The notes below the pieces were generated by a model. It saw nothing but the letters and a program-made list of their open reading frames with translations. It did not search any database and was not told the DNA's origin. A DNA stretch of 50,564 nucleotides, filler included, from Streblomastix strix (Eukaryota): assembly GCA_008636045.1 (NCBI GenBank). It is 3 parts of 3 records of this genome, joined end to end, with 100 filler letters (N's around TTAATTAATTAA, not from the genome) between each part and the next. Parts side by side here need not be neighbours in the genome. Positions count along the whole stretch, not along the records: positions 33,793 to 50,564 come from SNRW01000768.1; 2 more parts are not named here. One strand, written 5' to 3'. Shown piece by piece: positions 38,629 through 50,564 of this stretch (position 1 is its first letter; each line of letters begins with the position of its first letter). Made by a program: the position numbers and the translations under genes.

Positions 38629-40985
38629 ATGTCGCAACAGGCGCAGCGTCTGCGACAAGAAGGTCTTGACGAATCAGAACAAATTTTAGCACTTCAATAG
38701 GCTATACTTGGCGCCATGGGAAGTATACATTTACATTATTATCTTATAATTCTAATTTTCTATATAGCATCCGATAGCCGTGCAATAACACGTGAGTGTG
38801 GTGTTTTGGAAGCTTCAGGTGGCTTAGTCGGGATGTCTGACAGTGTAGAAGTTCATGTGTGATATTAACTTATATTGCTTGCTTTTTTATTTATAATTTT
38901 TTCTTATTGGTTAAAATAGGCTCTGACTGGTGCGTTGCTAACTTTGATAGGACTTAGAACTGCTAGAAGTGCACGAGATGTTGATTTTGCATGCATATGC
39001 GCTCCGCTTATTACAATGTTATTTGTGTGCTTTAAATTTAATTCTATTTATATATTTTTCTATTTTATAACTCTATTATTACAACCCACTCTATTTATTC
39101 TCAAAAATTTATTATTATTATTATTAATAGTCTCAAGATAATGAAATTTCAAGCACAGCCAAACTAGTCCTATTCCAACTTGCAGGCCAAAACAAGAAAG
39201 CTGTTGATGGTATGCTTAATGTATGCCTACACGACCGTGCAGCTGAACTTCTAGATAAGCAGATCCCACCTTCATTCCCATTACCACAGAACAAATTCTT
39301 CATTGTACCCGAAACAGTGCTTTTGAATGTGATGGATATTTTGGACTTATCTTTCACATAGAGTAATTCATTGGAGCTTTTCTAATCTGAGAAACTACGT
39401 ACTGCGCTTGAAAAGATCAAAACCAGCCATCCATCCATGAACGCATAAAGAAAAGCAACCATGTTTCTGTCATATTTCGATAGGAATTCCCCAACTAAGA
39501 AAAGATCCAAACAATCATAGAACAGCTACGAAGACCAAAGAAGGGATGAGTATGTGTCTGATATAGAGCACTTCACTGATTCTACTGTATAGGCCATATA
39601 TGAGAGGATGAGGGTCACTGAGGAGAGAGCCAAAGCGGTGGAAGTGGAGAATCAGCATTTGAGAGAAGGGCTTCAGAGACTGAGGATGTAGTAGAATCCA
39701 TATGGTATATTATTACTATTATTGTTATTATTATTATTATTGTTGTTGTTATTATTATTGGAATTTGTATTTATGTATAAATGAAATGTTGGATGTTTTA
39801 TATATTATTGTTATTGGGGATTATATATAATAATAATAATAATAATTTACGTTGTATTATATTTTTATTGACTTTTATTTTATATAGAGGAGGATTACTA
39901 AGTTGGAAATGTATCAACTAAATACACACGTTTGGATGAGCTTAGAAAGAGGCTTAGAAGAGTAACTGCATTGAAAGTATGATATATTAATATATATCTA
40001 TATTTATATCTATATTTATTTCTATATTTATTTCTATATTTATTTCTATATTTATATTTTATTTGAATTTTTCATTCCTCTTATAATTTTATTATATTTA
40101 TAAATATAAATAAATCAATAATTATTAATTTAGGACGGGTTCTGCTGTATTCCAATTGATCTGATAGTCTATGAAGGTATATACAAATGCGAGATTGAAT
40201 TCTCAGGGAATAACAACATTGATGGTCGTGGAGTTGGAATAATGAGAGCACATCTTGATGTTCCTTATCCATGCGCACCTTGGGAACCACCAAGTGTGAT
40301 ATATAATATATATTAATGGAATATATAATAAATTGGATGAATTTAATTTTTTAATTATTAATATTCTCATTTTTTTGTTTGTATTTATATATCAATTTCC
40401 TGATATCACATTATTCATATTTCACAGATCGTGACTACATGCTTCATTACAGTGGATAGTATGTTTATATTTATTTATAACTATATAAACATCTAATTAA
40501 TTCATAATTATATTAATATCTATATCAATATATAATATATAATATATTATATCCACAATCACAGTACTGGTGCAACCTGGCACAAAGGCGACAACACTCC
40601 AGGCAACGGTCGCTTTGAGGATGATGTCCATGTCATTGGTATGGAGGTTAACATGAAGTCGGGGACTATGCACTTCTTCTGCTGTGGTGAACAATAGAAG
40701 GTCTTCGTTACTGGGATATCGGAGCCTATTAGATTCTATGTATGCGGTTTTTTATGTGATATTATGATTGAGATAATAATAGGATAAATGAAAAGGAAAA
40801 ATAATATAGCTTATTATATATTATATTTACTAAATGAATTATATTATTTATTTTATTTTGATATTAATATATTATCACAGGGCTACATCTTCTATAAGAA
40901 TTCAATGATGACTGTGAATTCACTTCGGAGGTTGCAGGCACCAACAGCTGAGAAACTCCCTGGTGAAAAAGCGATCCGATGGTGA
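38629..40985 (+). CDS. Multi-exon protein with helical/ARM-like N-terminus, coiled coil and C-terminal SPRY-like domain
   Basis: GC-richer exons between AT-rich GT-AG introns; GNGRFEDDVHVIGMEVNMKSGTMHFFCCGEQQ...EKAIRW*. Confidence 0.7.
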
Positions 40986-41631
40986 AATTGAGTTAAAGTA
41001 ATGATAAATGGATAATTGAATATATAATAATTTCACATACACATAGGCATGCTTAAATGTGTCAATGACCTTCACTGAGTTGTGCGGGCAGAGCAGCAAT
41101 AATCATTTCTTGAACTTAACTGTTTTTTATTTTATTTTCATTTCATGTATAGATTAGATTAAAATATTAATTTTTTTAATAAATTTTAATAGCACTATTA
41201 TTCCTTCAATATTAATGAATAGATCAAAAATTAAATTGATTAAACAATTTTGTTTATTTATTTTTGCTGAAATGGAGATCAGAGAAATATTTTTGCGAAT
41301 ATTTAGTCATTTGTTGCGAACATAAAAATGTATGTATTAAGCGACTTATATATCTTATTTATTCGAATATTAATTAATTTTGACTCTAAAATAAGTGGAA
41401 AAATAGAATTTATTAATAAATCGAAATTTTTCCTGATCAATTTAATTAATTACTCTAATTATTGATTATTCTTTATAATAATGATATGATACGTTTAATA
41501 GTTATACTCCGAGCTAATTTAATATTTATAAAAACCTAGTTTATTTCCTTTAAATCAATTAATTCTCCGAAGCTTTTTTTTACTACTTATTGACTTTATC
41601 TCAACATATACATTGCAGGTCTTTCAATACC

Positions 41632-42639
41632 ATGTTAGTTGTCTTAAGTTTCTTTACCTTTCAATACGCGATGATGCCGCTACAGAGCAATGCTATAGAA
41701 TCGTTCCGCAAGTATATCTTTGCAGACGGAATACTGACACCCACTGGAACAAACTTTGATGTAACAGTCTAAGAACAAGGATAATTTGGGAGCTCAGATG
41801 CATCTTAATTCACGCTTCTTCCAGATCCGTTAAACATCAATAACCTCAAATGGAAAACAAGTTCAGTCTACGATCAAACTGTAGGATCAAAATAATTTGC
41901 AGATTCGATGTTCTACGACTTCTAAGCATCTGTACTTTACGCATACAAGTAATTGAACATCGCACCCTCATATTGGCACATGTACGAGTGCCATCCGCGA
42001 ACTGAAACCCCCAACAAAGATATTTTCGGAGTCGACGGCACAGTTACCAATTGGGCATCAATCACTTTCCAATCAGGTGTATGTGATGAAGCTTGCTATG
42101 GGAACACAGCTTCAACTGGGCGTGTATGCAGGGCATCTTGCAGTAAATAGACTTACGGCGGGGATTTGCTTCTAACTTAAGGTGGATCACTGACAGCTGA
42201 TGGTATGAAGCAGAGATTGGTCAACTTTGGTCCAGTGCTTGTCTTTACAGTGACTGAAGGAAACAGACTCTATTATGGATGGAACACCACTGGGTTACTT
42301 TATCTGTACAGAAACCAGTAAGGACAGCTGATGCAGACACAAGAAGAGGAAATTACCTAGGTAATGAATTACATCATATCTTATTAGTTCATAGACTGCA
42401 CGAAAGATATCAAAGTAGATACACCGAAAGAAGACTGCCCGTGCCCTGACTCAGCGGATAAAGCAGCTTACAAAGCAGACCCAAGGACAGAAGTAGATGG
42501 GATATGCTACGTGAGAGTATAACCTGAGCCCGAACCCGTACCTGAGCCAAAACCAATTGTTGTCGCTGCTGGATCAATCCGCACTTCTTTAGCTGTGATG
42601 GCTGTTGTGATGCTGATTCCTCTTCTGTTGATGTGGTGA
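41632..42639 (+). CDS. Secreted/surface protein (335 aa), degenerate papain/cathepsin-like, with C-terminal TM or GPI signal
   Basis: Signal peptide, GVCDEACY, MKQRLVNFGPV, YYGWN, a Cys-rich DCPCP motif, a PEPEP stalk and a hydrophobic C-terminus. Confidence 0.65.
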
Positions 42640-43098
42640 ATGCGCTGATATGGATTCGATGATGATGTTGCCAGATGGCCATTGAGATTTGCACTATCTG
42701 GCATTCTCCAAGCAACAATTTTTATTGTTATTATTTATGATGGCAGAATGATTTGTGCCATGAATGTTATTTTCTTTCAAGTTTTGTGCATTAATTGTTT
42801 TAATTTTGCAAAGATTTATCTTCTTACAAATATTATTTAGTTTAAACGTAGAACTTCGATCATAATTTATTTTATTATTTTGTAATACTAATGATAATAA
42901 AATTATTCTAAAAGAACTATAATTGAGATTTATTTATTCTATTTTTATTAATCAACATATTTAAATAATACTATCATATGAGTTTTAGCTCAAGTTAATT
43001 GGTAAAACAGAGAGTTAAATGTAACTTCAAATATCTTTAATAAATTGTGATATTAATCATAAATTTATCTTATAATAATCAATAAGTTATTATTATGC

Positions 43099-45084
43099 TC
43101 ACATAGAGCGACAAGCGTCCTGATCGTAGTAGTTCTTAGCTGGTGGTGAAGATACAGAACTGTATTGGAATGGATTAATTTATAAGTTTGTGCCTGATAA
43201 CCTCAGAAAAGCGCCTTTGTTTGTGTCATACATGTGGGAAGGTGCGCTGAAGAGTGTCATCTGATGATTTGGTAGGTATAATGGTTGATTGATTATATAT
43301 GTGCAATTGATTGATTGATTATGTTTAGATGAGATTGGATGATTAGCAGAATGTTATATATATGAGAGAAATAGAGAAAATAAGAATGAATTAAAGGCAA
43401 GAATAATATTACATTATATTATTTATATTACAATAATACACACCAATTTACCTCCATGTTCCACAGAATAACCTTCATTACGAACTTCATTTGAGCGTAT
43501 TATCATCTAAAGTTAATTTATATCCAAAAATTTCTATATTTTTAGAATTAATAAAAAAAATATAGATAATTAAAAAAAAATAAATTTTAAAAATATAATA
43601 ACTTAACATATATTTACATCTACTATTTTATCATATAGAATATATAATCCATCATTATACATCCGTGACATTCGGCCCAAATGAGCACCCAAAATGCCTC
43701 TAACTCTGCCTCTATCCAGGTTATTCCATTGGATCTGACCACTGGATGATAAAATATAATAAAATATAAAATAATATAAAATATTTCTTTAATATAATAC
43801 ATTAATATAATATAATAGTATATCAATATAATAGTATATAATATATCAATATAATAATATATATTCATACAAGCATCTGCGCCATCAGAGTTTCACCTCC
43901 TTCCTCTCCAGGTTCAGTGAAGCGGTTAACACGACGAATTTCATCAAGACGGACGATGAAGCGTGTGAAGAGACCGCCGTGCTGTTGATTGGTTTGGGTA
44001 GATTGAGTTACAATAGAAAAATAAATAATAATAATAAATAAATAAAAATTAATTGAAAAATTGTGTTTGGATGGAATTTATAAGCATTATTTTTTGGAGA
44101 ATTTAAAAACTTTTTAAAAATCATCATTATTCAAAAATTAATATTTCAAAATTATAAATTCATATAAAAAACACACAACAACAAAAATACGTTTGTTGAC
44201 ATTTGAACAAATTGGAAGTGCATTGAAAATATATAGGAAATTTTGATAGACTGCAGTGTTGTATTTATCCTCTACTTCATTCTTAAACCCATATTCTTTT
44301 GTGCACAGCATACTCTCATGATTACCGCGGAGCAGATGAACAGACTTAGGGTATGCTAATTTGAAGCATAAAAGTACTAGAAATAGCTAAAATAAAGCAA
44401 AATTGAGAAAATAGAATTAAATCAAATTTAAAAATATGTGATGGTTACCTCTGTTCCGAATGATCCTTTATCAACATAATTGCCTAAAAATAAGTATGGG
44501 TTCTCATTAGAAGGCTTTCCGTTTAAAGTGAATATGTGAAGCAAATCGAAGAATTATCCATAAATATCGCCCTGTTATAGCACATGTATAGTAAGTAAAT
44601 TAGACACAAAATTAACAATTAAAAAATCTACTGTTTAATGGGTAATTAATTAAAATAGCATACAACTAATGTTATCTCTTTTCCCTCGGGGACATTCACT
44701 TCAATTATGTTTGGAAGTTTTTCGAATAATTTTCTACTTTGTGAAAGAATTGCATTGACTTATGATATTTTAAGACGTTTAGATTCACGAAATGCATCGA
44801 TTAACATTACTGAATTATTAAATTGTGAGTTTCAATAGATTCGGATAAATTTTTTAAAAAATAATAATAATGAGTTCAAATAAAAACAGTCTTATAAGTA
44901 CATACTTGCATATTCAGGCGTCACGGGATTCGGTACATCAAATGGATCTATAAATAATATAAAGGAAGATAAAGCTGTTTTAAATATAATATAGATGAAA
45001 ACCTGCCTATACTATCCTTGGTCTTTGTGTTTATTAAGAAGAAGATGGTTTCTTTTGAGTTGATTTGGAATTACATTAACCCAT
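43099..45084 (-). CDS. PPP-family (PP5/PPEF-like) Ser/Thr phosphatase homologue with substituted catalytic motifs
   Basis: GDIYGQFFDL, FLGNYVDKG, LRGNHE, HGGL, WSDP, IRSNE and FSAPSH; multiple introns. Confidence 0.85.
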
Positions 45085-45692
45085 CTTCAGATAAAAAATG
45101 AAAAATACTATATCAAAACAATAACAATTTATTAGTTGCGGATAAAAAGAGAATTTTTTGAAATGTTATTTTTAATTTATTTGGATATAAGCAGAAGTTA
45201 AATAAATTATTTTATCAAATATATGATGTTGCTTTAATAATATTTAAATAAATAAATTTATTGGTTACATTGAAATAAATTTTATAGGACACGCAATACG
45301 TTCAAGTTTGTGAAAAAAATTTTGATTTACAATTTTAGGTTTGAACATGATATAATTTGCGTTTAAAATAATGTAATTTAATTTAACGTTTATAAAAATC
45401 GTTAATTTTATAGTATTTATAAGGTATGCACTCTGTGTAGTTTGAGCTAGGATGTATTTTAAAATTCCTGTTTTTATTTGAAGATGTAGAAATTGTTCAG
45501 CAATTAGGATAATTGCACGCATAAAAAGCAAATCAAAATATTGAGTTTCGAAAAAAATAATATATTCGTAAAAGCTATTATCTTAACAGAGAATACAACT
45601 CAAAATGTTGATTAGGAAATAATAGAATGAAATAAGATGAACACACTCTAATATATATACAAGGAGTTAAAAAATATTGACAATTAAAACAC

Positions 45693-47805
45693 TCACTCCC
45701 ACAAAAATTCCTTTACACCAGAAGCTAATGCAGAACATGCAATATTTTACCGTTTCAATGAAATCACAGTAACAGATTCTCCAACCTTGCTGAAATAGAA
45801 CTAAAAAAATAGTAAAATAATCATGGTCTCAAATTTAAAAGATATAATATATACGAAATATTGAATGGATTTGGGTATCTTACTCATGTACACAGGTTGC
45901 AACACTCCATTGATGAATAGTCTGACAGTCCTTAGTGCTGCATCCATATTGACTTCAATAGCGATTATGTCTCCTTCTTTCATGGCCTGGTTTCCTTTTG
46001 CTTCTTTTCCATTCTGGCAGACTCTTCCGCTTAACCAAAATATTATGTAAAGAAAAATTTAGTTTAAATTAAATAAAAAATGTATTTATATTAAATATAA
46101 TTAAATTATGGTGATTATAATAATTTGATTTAATATTATGTGTTAAATATATTCATACTCTGCAGAGAACTCCATGCATTTGTCTGCGACTGTTAAATAT
46201 TGAAAAATAAAAATAAAAAATGGGAAAATAATCTTTTTCAATGAAAATTAATTATTAATATAAAATTAATAATAAAAAATAGCACATATCGAATATAAAA
46301 CATACAATGTGTTTGAAGAGGTCCAAAACCAAATAAAATTCTTGTTCCTGATTTCAAGATTCCAAAATCTAAGAAAAATATATAAAAAATACAATTAAAT
46401 TATTTTTCAGCAACAATCAAATAATTTCAAACATTATATTTCCTTCAGCTAATTGATTTTAAACACGCATCTATACACTCCATATGTAATCATCTGATCA
46501 ACCTGAAACGTCTTCAGTTCATCACCTGTTGACGTATAAGTGAATTCTTTGTCCTTTTTAATGTACGATCCAAGCGGAACTGTGATCGTGATGGCGTTTT
46601 CAGCTAATTTGAGCGTATTTAAGGATTATGAGCCAAATTTGGTTTTGAGTTCACTGCCCTGACTTTTGAGATCTGAGAAAAGCTTCGATTTTGGCTCATT
46701 TGCGGCTTTGAGCTCTTCAATTCTCATCTGGCTTTCGTATTCTTTTCTTTCAAGCTGTTCAATTTTCGCTTTATTGTCAAGGTTCAATTTTTCGAGGTAA
46801 TCAATCTTCTGCTGTTTTTCATCGTTGATTTTGTTGATTTCCTCCATTTCCAATTCCATCTCATAGATTCTCAACTTCTGTTCTTCAATCTGAATTGAGT
46901 TTTCTTCATTCTTAACTTCAATTTTCTCAAATAAGCTGCTTGAGTGAATGTTCAACCCTGTTTGCCCATGAATTTTGAGTAAAGAAAAAACCATCTTAGC
47001 TTTTTTCACAACTTCTTTTCTTTCTTCTGATTCATCTTCTATTATTTTAGTGAGGGTAGGAATGATGGTGCGCAAATCTCTGGCATTCTGGCCGAAGAAA
47101 ATGAGATGGTAAAGAACATCAAGCACGTTGAGTAAGGTAAATATTTGAGTTGTTTCGTCAAGCTATGAAAAAAAAAAAAATTAAATGTGAATAAATATAA
47201 TAATAAAAATAGAAAACCAAAATATAACGAGCAGTTTCAATGAACCCAATTTTTACAAATATATTACGAACATCTTCAGAATTTTTAGCAAGAGCAATAA
47301 GTGAATCTTAAGCAGCAACCGAAACTTCATTGCTTCCTTCCTAAAAAAAAATTATATAAAAAAAATTATATAAAAAAAAATCAATTTTTGGTGTTTTGTA
47401 CTAAACATACCATAAGGAGTGCTGTAAGAAGATTTAATATTATTCTTTATTAAGTATATGCACATTCTGCGGGTTAAATAATAAAATAAATTATTAATAA
47501 GCACGAAAAAATTATTTTTTAAAAAATAAAATGATAAATAAATTATTTAACCTTACGAAGAAATTTGAAGGAGTCTATTTATTATTGATGCGTGTGCATT
47601 TTTGTCCTTAGATAGAAAGCCATCAACTAACTGGCTAATTTCATTCTGAATGATTGTTGTCGTAAAAAATTATTTTTTTTTATAAAAAGCAAAATGAAAC
47701 CGTTAGGGAAGTATTTTATTGTTAAACTACTTTGAATTCTTCGTTAACTTTATCTTTAGTATCTATTTATTTGTCCACTATTGGGGCACTGTCTTCCTAC
47801 TCCAT
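45693..47805 (-). CDS. Multi-exon ARM-like / coiled-coil / SPRY-like domain protein
   Basis: GNQAMKEGDIIAIEVNMDAALRTVRLFINGVLQPVYM and a coiled-coil exon at 46626-47126. Same architecture as 38629-40985. Confidence 0.75.
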
Positions 47806-48030
47806 GAAATTCGTTTTTTTTAGAACTAAAATTCACTATAAAAAAACTAGAAATTTAAGTATTGACCAAGCCTTATTTTTAAAATAAAAATCAATTATTA
47901 TATTTATTAATATATTTTAAAATAAATTTGTGAGTTTATCTGTTAGCAACTCTTAAAACTGATTTTTTTTTACTGTAAAATCTAATAATCGTGCACTTAT
48001 CATACAGCTCCTACATGCCCATGCATAACC

Positions 48031-48891
48031 TCATTCTTTCCACTTCAACCTGTCAATTTTCTCAGCAGTGTACTTGCAACGGTGGAATTTGCCTTCTTTC
48101 TCGTCCTTGTATCCTTTGCAGAAATAAATCAGCTTCTTCTTATCGAAATCAATGTGTCCTTCTTTGCATGAGGGGCACCTCGCAGGTGGACCATTTACAA
48201 CGCCGTCGGCAACTCTGATTATTGAATGATGCAATTAATTATAAGAAAAGAAAAAATAAACTAAAAATAAATTTTTATTAGAAAATAAATCAAACCTTTC
48301 AAGAAGAACTTTCTTCGCGCCAGTTGCAATCAGATCATTTTTCCTTAAAAAAACAATTGAAAATAAAATATAAAATAAATTAAAATAAAGCATTTAAATA
48401 AAAGAATTAAATCAAACGTGCACAATTCTCTCAGTTCTTCGTTTGTATAGTCTTCCATCTCGCCTTTCTGAAGTTTGATATCTTCCCATTTACGATCTTT
48501 CTGCAGAGGGAATAATTAATTAAATTATGTTTAGATTATAATACAAAATATTACAAACCAAAATTTGAGGAACTTCTTTATCTTCATAGTCTGTGCTATC
48601 ATTGTCTATTTTTTCTCCGTCGGGATCGCTGTCAATTGAATCATCTTCGTCTTTCGGCTTCTTTATCTTCTTTGGTGCTGGCTCTTTCTTTGCTACTTTC
48701 TTAGAAGCTGCTTTCGGCGACTTCTTCGGTTTTTCTGTTTTTTCTTTCGGTTCGGATTTCTTAGTTGGTTTTCCTGCCTTCTTAGCAGCTTTAACAGGGC
48801 TTTCCTTATCATCAGTATCCTTCGTCTCAATATCTATAACTTATTCAACTTTCTTAGCTTTCTTATTTCCACAGCCACCGCACTTAGACAT
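48031..48891 (-). CDS. Lys-rich protein with SAP-like and PADR1 zinc-binding domain
   Basis: YTNEELRELC...RVADGVVNGPPARCPSCKEG...YFCKGY...RCKYT resembles the PARP1 PADR1 domain. Confidence 0.75.
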
Positions 48892-49559
48892 CTAGAAAAA
48901 ATAAAAAAAATTAAGGATAAACTAGCTATTATGGTTTTAAAAGAGTAGTGAAAGATTTAAAATTGTTACTAAAATGCATATAAACGAGTGAATACAAATT
49001 AATTTCTCACATTTTAAATATGGATAGTGTGCTACGGTTGATTTTATTTATTCTTAATTACGTGCTTTTGCAGCTTTGCAAAACTTATTACGATTTGCAA
49101 AATGAATAGGTGTTGAATAATAATAGTCCCTATATAATTACTAATTCTAAAATTTAATATTTGAATGAGAATGAGATAATTAAAAAAAATTAAAAAAATT
49201 AGATAATAATAATTTTAATTTTATTTATTTAATTAGTCCTGGTGAAATTTTGTCAAAAAATAGGGAATTAAAATTGACTGAAATTTTGAATTATTAGTTT
49301 ACCAAATTTTTTTCCACTCAAAGTAAAAATTATATTATATTACAAATTTATTTTTAAATTAATTTATTTCCTTTACAAAAATAATATTACTAAGAATGTT
49401 TATTAACCATTAGACGCTACAAACAATATTATTTTACATATTTGTATTTTTCTCATTAGTTTCGAACTTTTTTATTGAATTACTTTTATATTTTTTATTA
49501 AAAAATATCTTCATTATTTAAATATTTTATTTTGTATTTTTTTAATGCATTGGTTCCAA

Positions 49560-50564
49560 ATTTTGTCTGTTAACTTTTTAATTTATGATATGCAAATTGC
49601 ATTAGCAGCAAAGCTCATGAAACTATGCATATCGATATTGTATTAATTGAACCAGTTAATCAAGTTGTCTAATGGATATATCATTATCTAGGAGTCTAAT
49701 TCGTCATAGTGTTAAAGATAGTCCTATCTTGTTTGATGGTTTTTAGCATCATTGAGATATCGTAAGTAATCTTCATCAGTCATCTACTTATTTTTCTACA
49801 TTAAATCAAACGATTTAATTGGAAAATGTTATTGCATAATTAGCTTATAATTATAGTTATCTTAAGTGATTCCTTCATAAGGAAATAGACCTTTAGATTA
49901 GTTATCTTAGTTACCAAATCCTTCGCGAAATTGGCTAAATCAGTAGGAAAGTGTAGTTCATTACATCGATGAAATTGCTCTATTATTTAGACTATTTATT
50001 TTCAATTACTATCTGTTTTCCTTTAACATAGCTACCAATGTAATTTTTAGATAGTCGACTAATCACAATGAAGATATTTAGAGAATAGAGCTTAATCAAA
50101 TCGAGATGAATTGAATCCTATAATCGATACATTTTAGTTATAGCTTATCTACAATTTTCAAATTTTTCTGCTAAAATACTGGATACAAATTTTGCATATT
50201 GGCCTTTCACGGTCTATATCACACTTTCAGAAGTTATGACAATCCTATTATGTCCTTATCCATTTTGCTTCTTCTATTCTAATATTAATTTTGCAGTTTC
50301 AAGTATTTAAAATTCTCTTAAAAATTTTATTATTTCAAGATTTCCTCTCAAACGACCTAGTTTTCGTCTTAATTCGGAGAAATTCCTTTCGCAGCTCGCC
50401 TCAGAAGTTGGACAATTCATGAGTTTTTAATGCTATCCGTCCAAATTCAGCAGACCCATTTGTTGCATACCTCAACTAACTTCAGAAAGTTACTCTCTTT
50501 TAGAGAAACAGTTCTTTCTGCTCCGGTAGTCGACGCCCTGACCAAAACTTATCCGCAACATCTT
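49560..50564 (-). pseudogene. hAT transposase C-terminal fragment (runs off the window)
   Basis: EFGRIALKLMNCPTSEASCERNFSELRR, with an upstream in-frame TGA. Confidence 0.75.

Noticed and set aside
42980..43030. tagctcaagttaattggta resembling a tRNA D-arm
   Set aside because: No T-arm or B box follows.

Overview
AT-rich eukaryotic DNA with GT-AG introns. Genes read through only if TAA/TAG = Gln and TGA is the sole stop, so the supplied standard-code ORF track fragments nearly every real gene. This code and the gene style suggest an oxymonad such as Streblomastix strix (inference). Two artificial N-TTAATTAATTAA-N linkers split the window into three unlinked contigs. Contig 1 (1-16803): a cyclin end, hAT and DDE_1 transposase relics, two degenerate DIRS-type retrotransposons, a CK1/TTBK-like kinase, and a fragment of a virus-like element fused to the second DIRS. 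Contig 2 (16904-33692): mostly an endogenous Polinton-like DNA virus region. A decayed copy (polB, Walker-A ATPase, small ORFs) faces a better-preserved copy in mirror orientation. The latter has a 647-aa putative major capsid protein, an adenovirus protein-VI-like amphipathic peptide, two fibre-like proteins and an AT-hook protein. Contig 3 (33793-50564): a hAT element with both ends and an 8-bp TSD inside a host gene, two SPRY-type genes, a papain-like surface protein, a PPP pseudophosphatase, a SAP/PADR1 protein and another hAT fragment. All assignments are from manual translation and motif recognition; no searches were run.
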